This document shows, one piece after another, positions 1 to 6,664 of a stretch of 13,537 bases of DNA. The notes beneath the pieces were generated by a model that searched no databases, was not told the DNA's origin, and saw only the letters and a program-made list of their open reading frames with translations. The stretch spans positions 1 to 13,537 of the forward strand of contig JAVZDR010000015.1 in the NCBI GenBank assembly GCA_038873795.1, read 5' to 3'. The DNA comes from Candidatus Micrarchaeaceae archaeon. GTDB lineage: Archaea > Micrarchaeota > Micrarchaeia > Micrarchaeales > CABMGC01. The translations under genes and the position numbers were made by a program. Numbering within the stretch: position 1 is the stretch's first letter; the number at the start of each line of letters is the position of its first letter.

Positions 1-471
1 GGCTACGCAAACATAGACATATTTCTCAACAGCATAAAGAAGCGCGGCTACAAGAACCACATAATAATCTGCGGCTACAACCGCATAGCAGAAGAACTTA
101 TTGCCAAACTCTCTGCGCATAAAAAGAGGTTTATAGTGCTAGACCAAAGCCCTGAGAATGCAGCAGAGCTCTCGAGCCGCGGCATAGTGGCTTTCAGCGG
201 CGACCTCAAAGAGCCGCACATATACGAGCTTGCAAACATATCTAAATCAGGACTTATAATATTTGATGCAGAAGATGACCTGCTGAACTTCATAGGTGCA
301 CTTACAGCAAAGAAGCTCAATAGCAGGATCAAGACATTTGCAAGGGTCAGCAGGCCTGAGGTGCGCACAAAGATGTTTGCAGCAGGTATAGATATGTGCG
401 TTCTCCCTGAATATCTTGCCGGTATAGAAATAGGTGACAGCATCGTAAAAGCGCTGAGGTCTCGAGCATGA
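1..471 (+). CDS. RCK/TrkA-N domain protein, probably the C-terminal part of a potassium-channel-family protein (5' partial)
   Basis: Frame 1 is open from base 1 (GYANIDIFLNSIKKRGYKNHIIICGYNRIAEELIAKL...), so the ORF-track start at 136 is internal. Rossmann-like HIIICGYNRIA, then 'FSGD', 'DDLLNFIGALTAKKLN', 'ARV' and 'AGIDMCVLPEYLAG' match the RCK_N pattern. The stop TGA overlaps the next ATG (ATGA, 468-471). Confidence 0.85.
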   Translation, partial: GYANIDIFLNSIKKRGYKNHIIICGYNRIAEELIAKLSAHKKRFIVLDQSPENAAELSSRGIVAFSGDLKEPHIYELANISKSGLIIFDAEDDLLNFIGALTAKKLNSRIKTFARVSRPEVRTKMFAAGIDMCVLPEYLAGIEIGDSIVKALRSRA

Positions 472-1199
472 GAACCATACAGAAACTGCTCATAATAAGC
501 ATGTTCGTGATATTCTTAGTTTCGACAATGGCGATTTTCATAGTTGAAAAAAACCTTTTTATAGCAGTTCTCTGGAGCTTCATAAACCTGATAGGCGTGG
601 AGTTGCCGCCCAACGAGGCGCTTGTTGATGTTGCCAATCCTTTTGTTGTCGCTGCACTTGCTATAGAAATAGTTGGAGAGCTGATGTTTGTGATACTTGT
701 TACTACAGTCTTATATGACCTGATGGGCAGGGTAAACTTAAAGAGAAGGTCTGCCGCGCGCAAGGCGCGCAGTGCTTCAAACCACGTAATCATGGCACCA
801 TTCAATAAGATTGCCATGGAAATGTCGAAGAGGCTTCGCGATTCGAATGTGCCTTTTGTCATAATCGAAAGAAGCAGGCAGAAGGTTGACGCAGCAATAA
901 GGGCGAAGATGATTGCAATAGAGGGAGCGCCCAATGAAGCCGCATCGCTCAATGCGGCCAACGCCCAAAAAGCCTATGCCTTGCTTCTTCTTGGCGAGGA
1001 CGATATGGAAAACACCCTTTCAGTCATAGCTGCAAAGCGCATTAACAGCAAGATAAAAGTCGCTGTGCGAATTAAGAAAGAGGAAGACATACCAAGGATG
1101 CAGCGCGCAGGGGTGAGCCACCTTATTCTGCCGGAGCATGCAATCGGCGACGAAATAGCCGGATCAATAATTGAGGCAATGAAGCGCAGCCGCCCATGA
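468..1199 (+). CDS. 2-TM ion-channel-like protein with C-terminal RCK/TrkA-N domain (MthK/Kch-like architecture, non-canonical filter)
   Basis: 243 aa. Two hydrophobic helices flank a pore-helix-like segment (AVLWSFINLIGVELPP). RCK_N motifs follow: NHVIMAPFNKIA, FVIIE, IEGAP, DDMENTLSVIAAKRIN, RAGVSHLILPEHAIG. ATGA coupling to the upstream paralog. Confidence 0.82.
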   Translation: MRTIQKLLIISMFVIFLVSTMAIFIVEKNLFIAVLWSFINLIGVELPPNEALVDVANPFVVAALAIEIVGELMFVILVTTVLYDLMGRVNLKRRSAARKARSASNHVIMAPFNKIAMEMSKRLRDSNVPFVIIERSRQKVDAAIRAKMIAIEGAPNEAASLNAANAQKAYALLLLGEDDMENTLSVIAAKRINSKIKVAVRIKKEEDIPRMQRAGVSHLILPEHAIGDEIAGSIIEAMKRSRP

Positions 1200-1254
1200 T
1201 TTCTATGCAGACAACGCTCAGGCTTTAAACGGCGTGAAATGTGCTATCAGGCAA

Positions 1255-1278
1255 CGAAAGAATTAAATCCCTTTAATC
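1255..1278 (+). promoter_or_regulatory. Candidate archaeal promoter (BRE + TATA) for the pilus assembly operon
   Basis: Purine-rich CGAAAGA followed by ATTAAAT (1262-1268), with a second AT box TTTAAT (1272-1277), about 20-35 bp upstream of ATG 1298. This is the only sizeable intergenic gap in the window. No GGTG-type SD directly before ATG 1298, consistent with a short-leader or leaderless transcript. Confidence 0.4.
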
Positions 1279-1297
1279 TGTGTGTATATATGATTTG

Positions 1298-2491
1298 ATG
1301 ACTGAAGTCACGACCAGTATAGACAAGTTCATAGACTACCTAAAGAATCACGGCGAAACTGACGCTACAACGCTTGCCACCGCCCTCAAAGTCGGCGAGC
1401 ACGTTATAGAAGAATGGGCAGATGTGCTTGAAAAGGCCGACTTAGTGAGGATAAACTACAGGGGCGGCCGTATGTTCGTCACCCCCATAACTGTTTCAAA
1501 GGAGCATGCCGAAGCGCTGAAGCGCACAATAAGCGAGAAGACCACCGCGGCAGCTAACGAGATAGCAATGCAGGCCTCACTGCTGAACCAGATGAATGCA
1601 AAGCTAGATGCGATGTCTAAATTTGTAAAAGATGCTGACCTGCTCTTCAAGAAGAAATCCAAGGAGGTTGCAACCGACTTAAAAGAGATAGACAAGATAC
1701 AGAAAAGCATAAACGCCAAGTACAAGGAGGTGCACAGCAGGAAGGAGTACATAGACAGGGCCCACGAAAGCATAGCCAAGGAGATAGCTGCGTTCGAGGA
1801 AAAGGCAAAGGCGATGAGCGGCATAACCGCAAGTGGGGCTGAAGTCAAAAAGGTAATAGATGACATGGAAGAAAAGATCAAACTCGTCGAAGCTGCAGCA
1901 AAATCCTTCAGCGAAGAATCGGAGAAGATGATAAGCAAATATAGGAGCGAGGCAAGCGCAATAATAAACAGCATAAAGTCTGAGATCGAACTTTCTAGGA
2001 GGGCGCTTGCTGAGCAGGAACGCGCACTGCAGGAAAGCCTGCGGCTCCTCGAAGAGTACAAGCATGCCAGCGAAGAGATAGCAAAGCGAGTCGAAAAGCA
2101 CAAGATTGCTTCAATTGACATAATTGCGAAGAGCGCTCAGGATGTGAATGTGGCCTTCGCAGCAGTGGAGCAGAAGTTAAGCGGAGTGAACGAAAAGGTG
2201 GCCCAGATCAGGCAGAACTTCGGAGACTTTTCAAAGATGCACGACGAGATAAACAAAGCATCGGAAGAGATAGCGAATATAAGGAAGGAGCGTGATAATC
2301 TTGAAAAGGAGCTTGATGCACTGCTAAACCAAAGCAAGGCTATAGTCGCAATGTCAGACTCAGACGTGGAGAAAAAGATCGTAGCGGCCAAGGACCTTGG
2401 GGAGAGTGTTGCCAAGACTTCTGGCAAAGTCTCAGATCTGCGCGGAAAGTTTGATAAATTGAATGATGACATAAACAACATAGCAAAATAA
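1298..2491 (+). CDS. Hypothetical protein: N-terminal winged helix-turn-helix-like domain plus long coiled coil
   Basis: ATG 1298 is preferred over GTG 1280. The N-terminal ~60 aa (IDKFIDYLKNHGETDATTLATALKVGEHVIEEWADVLEKADLVRINYRGGRMFVTP) follow a wHTH pattern. The remaining ~330 aa are K/E/A/I-rich, proline-free and heptad-like, with no TM segment. Confidence 0.75.
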   Translation: MTEVTTSIDKFIDYLKNHGETDATTLATALKVGEHVIEEWADVLEKADLVRINYRGGRMFVTPITVSKEHAEALKRTISEKTTAAANEIAMQASLLNQMNAKLDAMSKFVKDADLLFKKKSKEVATDLKEIDKIQKSINAKYKEVHSRKEYIDRAHESIAKEIAAFEEKAKAMSGITASGAEVKKVIDDMEEKIKLVEAAAKSFSEESEKMISKYRSEASAIINSIKSEIELSRRALAEQERALQESLRLLEEYKHASEEIAKRVEKHKIASIDIIAKSAQDVNVAFAAVEQKLSGVNEKVAQIRQNFGDFSKMHDEINKASEEIANIRKERDNLEKELDALLNQSKAIVAMSDSDVEKKIVAAKDLGESVAKTSGKVSDLRGKFDKLNDDINNIAK

Positions 2492-2501
2492 TGGTGTTTG
2501 A

Positions 2502-4013
2502 TTGGCTGAAGACAATACAGGCGTTGGTGGTGTTCTCTCATCATACAGCCTTGATGTCCACGGGCTCAAAGCCGAGATTAGCATAGAAGACACTGGCAAA
2601 TTCGAACTGGTCTATAAGGTAAGCGTGCCAGGCCTCGGCGATGCCTCCAAGATACTCCTCAATTCAATGAGGCCCGAGCTTCTCAGCCTTGTGCCTATAG
2701 ACCCAACAAGGATAGAGGATAAAGAGTATACAGACGAACTCACATCAAGATACGTAGAGGCGTCAAACATCCTCATAGACAAGTACCTGCCCGGGACGAG
2801 CGACGACTCTAAGAAGATACTTATAGCCTACATAATAAACATGATGCTTGGGCTTGGCGAGCTTGAGATACCCCTTGCAGATGAAAATCTGGAAGAAGTT
2901 GCTGTGAACAGCTCAAAAGAGAATGTCTGGGTCTTCCACAAGAAATATGGCTGGTGCAAGACGACAATAAGGCTGCCGAGCGAGGAGATAATATACGACT
3001 ATTCAGAGAACATAGGCAGGCGTGTTGGCAGGCAGATAACAAACCTTTCCCCGCTCATGGATGCTGAGCTTCCAGACGGTTCAAGGGTCAACGCAACGCT
3101 TTATCCGATATCGCAGTTTGGCAACACAATAACGATAAGAAAATTCGCGAAGAATCCATGGACAATGCCAATGCTCATAGCCAATGGCACAATAACGAGC
3201 GAGCTTGCAGCACTGGTCTGGCTATGCGTGCAAAACGAGGTCAGCCTGCTCATCTCAGGTGGAACAGCAAGCGGAAAGACGAGCTTCCTTAATGCAATGA
3301 GCATATTCATACCCGCAAACAGGCGAATAATATCAGTAGAGGAAACTAGAGAGCTCACCCTCCCTAACTTCCTGCACTGGGTGCCCATGCTCACAAGGCA
3401 GCCTAATCCAGAAGGCAAAGGCGAAGTTACGCTTTACAATCTGATGATAAATGCGCTGAGGCAGAGGCCTGACGTAATGCTCGTAGGCGAAGTGAGGGTG
3501 AAGCAGGACGCTGAAACGCTCTTCGAGGCCATACACACTGGCCATGCTGTCTATGGCACAGTCCACGCAGATAGCGTCCAGGACACGATAGTCAGGATGA
3601 CTAACCCTCCCATAGACGTGCCAAAGATACTTATCAACGCAATCGGCGGCATAGCCACCCTCTTCAGGCACAGGCGTCTTGGCATAAGGCGCCTCCTGGA
3701 ATTTGGCGAGATACTCAACACTGGCGATGCCAATGTGCTTTTCAGGTGGAATGTAAGGAATGATACATTCAGCAGAATTTCTGATCCCTCGAGGCTAGCC
3801 GATACAATAATGCTCTACGGCGGCTATTCAAAGGATGAAATGTATGACAACATCGCAGAGAAGAAAAAGGTGCTGGAATGGATGGTCAAGAACAAGGTCT
3901 TCGGGGTTAACGAATCTGGCTATGTTGTTGCAAAATACTATAGGGACAGTAAGGGCACAATGGAAATAATCGAGAAAGGGCTACCATACTCAGACGAACT
4001 CTTCAAGGTGTAG
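2502..4013 (+). CDS. Type IV pilus / type II-IV secretion ATPase (VirB11/TadA/CpaF/ArlI family)
   Basis: Walker A GGTASGKTS, Asp box ISVEETREL, ALRQRPD, Walker B VMLVGEVR, His box HTGHAVYGTVHA, and LPDGSRVNA...TITIRKF. TTG start preceded by GGTG (2493-2496). Confidence 0.95.
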   Translation: MAEDNTGVGGVLSSYSLDVHGLKAEISIEDTGKFELVYKVSVPGLGDASKILLNSMRPELLSLVPIDPTRIEDKEYTDELTSRYVEASNILIDKYLPGTSDDSKKILIAYIINMMLGLGELEIPLADENLEEVAVNSSKENVWVFHKKYGWCKTTIRLPSEEIIYDYSENIGRRVGRQITNLSPLMDAELPDGSRVNATLYPISQFGNTITIRKFAKNPWTMPMLIANGTITSELAALVWLCVQNEVSLLISGGTASGKTSFLNAMSIFIPANRRIISVEETRELTLPNFLHWVPMLTRQPNPEGKGEVTLYNLMINALRQRPDVMLVGEVRVKQDAETLFEAIHTGHAVYGTVHADSVQDTIVRMTNPPIDVPKILINAIGGIATLFRHRRLGIRRLLEFGEILNTGDANVLFRWNVRNDTFSRISDPSRLADTIMLYGGYSKDEMYDNIAEKKKVLEWMVKNKVFGVNESGYVVAKYYRDSKGTMEIIEKGLPYSDELFKV

Positions 4014-4021
4014 GTGCTAAG

Positions 4022-4597
4022 GTGGAATATGAAGATATTATTAGGCTGGTTGGCGAGATAGAATCTGCATCCACGCAGGCAGAATCTGTAATTATAGATC
4101 CGGGAAGCGCGCTCAGGAACAGCATACAGGAAAAGGCATACAGCTATGAGGATGCCTACAGAATCATATCCAGCATGGAGGGGGTGAAGGTGCAGCCACA
4201 GGCCGCAGTTCAGCAGCAGCCGCAGCAGATCCGGCATGCCCGGCCAGGCGAAGCAGCCAAGGCAGCCGAAGAGATAAGGAAGCTTGTGGGCAAGGCCAGC
4301 GCAGAATTCGAGGAGAGCATGCTGCATGAAATAAGAAAGGTCAAGGTTGGCAAGCTCATCCTGCCTACACTTTCGCTCCAGGACCAGCTCTCTGAGCTTG
4401 AGAAGATAAATGAAGGCCTTGATGAGAATGTTTTTAATGATGAGCAGCTTAAGGTAATAAGGCAAGAGGTTTTTGGACTTGCCGAGACCCTGAGGTACGA
4501 GAAGCCAAAGTCGCTTGATGCTTTCCAAGCTTCGCTTGCCGCGATGCGTGCCAAGAGGCTCGAGGAGGCTGAGGCTAGACTCTCTAATATGAAGTGA
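4022..4597 (+). CDS. Hypothetical cytoplasmic alpha-helical protein within the pilus operon
   Basis: 191 aa. GTG start with AGGTG SD (4012-4016). Fills the gap between the ATPase and TadC genes with 8 and 10 bp spacers. Acidic and helical with a Q-rich linker, no TM segment. Confidence 0.75.
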   Translation: MEYEDIIRLVGEIESASTQAESVIIDPGSALRNSIQEKAYSYEDAYRIISSMEGVKVQPQAAVQQQPQQIRHARPGEAAKAAEEIRKLVGKASAEFEESMLHEIRKVKVGKLILPTLSLQDQLSELEKINEGLDENVFNDEQLKVIRQEVFGLAETLRYEKPKSLDAFQASLAAMRAKRLEEAEARLSNMK

Positions 4598-4607
4598 TGG
4601 TGCAGCG

Positions 4608-5633
4608 ATGGCGTTGTTCAAAAAGAAGCCGGTTGACTCGGCTCAGAAGCCCATAGGCTTTACAAAGCAGAAGAGGTTTCTTTTTTTCAAGGTCAGGTCA
4701 AAGCCCGTATACCAGCAGACCGGCCCAGCCCAGTCGCGCGTCGAGGAACTGCTTAAGAGCAAGCAGATGGAGTCGCAGCAGATCCAGCAGCAGAAGCTAA
4801 CAAAATTCCAGATGTATGTAGCAAGGCTGCTCGCAAAGCACAAGGATCTTCCAATTGCGCTTAAGGAGCAGGGGATAAAGTCAACGCCGGACCAGTTCAT
4901 CAGGAAGATGCTCACAAACTCAATTATAGTCAGCGCAGTGATAACGGGTACGCTTGTAATAGTCTTTGTCCACTATGGTCTCAACATAGCCTTAACCATA
5001 GTCCTAGGCGCGGCAATCTTTTATGCAATGTTCCAAGTATTCTTCGCAAGGTTCCTCAACTACCCAATAACAAAAAGCAAAAACATAGGCAAGGAGATAG
5101 AGCGCGACATCCTGTTTGCAGCTAGGGACATAGTTATAGGCATGCGCTCTGGCATGCCCCTTTTCAACGCGCTTGTTGCGGTGAGCACTGGCTACGGGGC
5201 TGCAAGCAGGGAATTCGCGAAGGTCGTGGAAAGGGTTGAGCTTGGCATGCCTATAGAACAAGCCATAGAGGAGGTGAGCGAGAAGAGCGAGTCCAAGTCT
5301 TTCAAGAGGATAATGCTTCAGGCCTCGGTCAGCATAAAGGCAGGGGCTGACATAGTTGGGGCGCTGCAGGGCGTTGTAGAAGAGGTAACGCAGGAAAGGA
5401 TCATAGAGCTGAGAAGATACGGCCAGCGCCTCAATGCGCTGGCAATGTTCTACATGCTCTTTGGTGTGATCTTCCCAAGCATGGGCATTGCAGTGCTCGC
5501 AATACTCACAACATTCATAAGCCTCTTCACAATCGATGCATCTACGCTGCTCTTTGTCCTTGTTGGCATAACCTTCCTTCAGGTAATCTTCCTGAACATA
5601 ATGCGTTCGTCGAGGCCGACGTTCGCAATGTGA
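4608..5633 (+). CDS. Type II secretion system F / TadC-like membrane platform protein
   Basis: Two N-proximal TM helices, a T2SSF domain (ILFAARDIVIGMRSGMPLFNAL...YGAASREFAKVVERVELGMPIEQAI...GADI), and C-terminal TM helices (YMLFGVIFPSMG...). GGTG SD at 4599-4602. Confidence 0.92.
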   Translation: MALFKKKPVDSAQKPIGFTKQKRFLFFKVRSKPVYQQTGPAQSRVEELLKSKQMESQQIQQQKLTKFQMYVARLLAKHKDLPIALKEQGIKSTPDQFIRKMLTNSIIVSAVITGTLVIVFVHYGLNIALTIVLGAAIFYAMFQVFFARFLNYPITKSKNIGKEIERDILFAARDIVIGMRSGMPLFNALVAVSTGYGAASREFAKVVERVELGMPIEQAIEEVSEKSESKSFKRIMLQASVSIKAGADIVGALQGVVEEVTQERIIELRRYGQRLNALAMFYMLFGVIFPSMGIAVLAILTTFISLFTIDASTLLFVLVGITFLQVIFLNIMRSSRPTFAM

Positions 5634-5637
5634 TAGC

Positions 5638-6654
5638 ATGAAAGAGATACCATTTGAAAAGCTCGTTTCGAGGAGCATAGTGGTGCTGCTCTCGCGCGAG
5701 CTTGACCTTGCGGGAGTAAAGATGACAATAAACAGGCTGCTTGAAATAATGATAGTCGGTGGCATACTGCTCCTTACAATCTCATCATACACCGCCTTCC
5801 TTGCCTTTAAGCTGCATTTCGCCGTATCTGTAGCGCTTGGTATAGCCGCGGCAGCCATCTTCGAGGCCGCCATCTACTTTCTGCTCGATATGAGGATAGA
5901 GCAGAGGAAGACGTTCGTCGAGAGCGTGCTCCCTGACTATCTCCAGCTCGTTGCGGCAAATGTTAGGAGCGGCATAGCATTGGACAGGGCAATGATGCTC
6001 GCAACAAGGCCCGAATTCAAGTACTTCAGCGAAGACGTCAGGCTTGCAACCAAAGGGCTTTATGCAGGCGAAACATTGCAGAATGCGTTGATGCTCCTTG
6101 CAGGGAGGTACAGGTCGAACACGCTGAAGCATACTGTGAGGATGATGATAGAGGCGGTGCAGTATGGGGGCGGCATGTCCGACCTACTGAACCAGGTGGC
6201 AAAGGACATAAGGAACCAGCAGACTATACAGAAGGAAATCTCAGGCCAGCTCTTCATGTACACAATCTTCATAGCATTCGCCGCACTGATAGGCGCGCCC
6301 GTAATGTATGGCCTGACTTCGCAGATGATAGGAGTTACGAACAAGGTCTGGACAGGCATACTTGCGCAGAATCCAGGGGGTCTGCCCACAACAGGTGTAT
6401 CATTCCTTAGACCGTCACCGCCCAAGATAACAACAGCGCAGTATCAGGACTTCGCAATTGGCGCGATATTCGTCATCACCGCATTTGGAGCGCTGATAGT
6501 ATCTGCGGTTGCCAACGGATCTGTGACAAGGGGCCTAAGATACCTGCCGATTTTCCTGCTTGTGGGCTTTGCGGTCTTCTTCATAACTGGCGCTGCAATA
6601 CACGGAGTCTTCTCAACAATAAGCGGTGCAGGGGGTGTACCTGCGGCGCCGTAG
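5638..6654 (+). CDS. Type II secretion system F / TadC-like membrane platform protein (second paralog)
   Basis: LPDYLQLVAANVRSGIALDRAM...RPEFKYFSEDV...GETLQNAL...YGGGMSDLL T2SSF domain, with TM helices on both sides. Starts 4 bp after the first TadC gene. Confidence 0.92.
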   Translation: MKEIPFEKLVSRSIVVLLSRELDLAGVKMTINRLLEIMIVGGILLLTISSYTAFLAFKLHFAVSVALGIAAAAIFEAAIYFLLDMRIEQRKTFVESVLPDYLQLVAANVRSGIALDRAMMLATRPEFKYFSEDVRLATKGLYAGETLQNALMLLAGRYRSNTLKHTVRMMIEAVQYGGGMSDLLNQVAKDIRNQQTIQKEISGQLFMYTIFIAFAALIGAPVMYGLTSQMIGVTNKVWTGILAQNPGGLPTTGVSFLRPSPPKITTAQYQDFAIGAIFVITAFGALIVSAVANGSVTRGLRYLPIFLLVGFAVFFITGAAIHGVFSTISGAGGVPAAP

Positions 6655-6664
6655 CAGCAGTCAG

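Noticed and set aside
1298..2491. SMC/Rad50 or chemoreceptor annotation
   Set aside because: No Walker A/B, signature motif, hinge or MCP hairpin motif. Any similarity would be generic coiled coil.
75..6425. Minus-strand ORFs over the + operons (e.g. 347-961, 1456-2121, 3938-4621, 5004-5873) and the short alternative-frame or + strand ORFs over the - operon
   Set aside because: They are shadows of well-supported genes, with no recognisable motifs.
2502..6654. Archaellum (arlI/arlJ) operon
   Set aside because: No arlH, arlF/G or archaellin genes. Two separate single-domain TadC genes rather than one ArlJ point to a pilus system.
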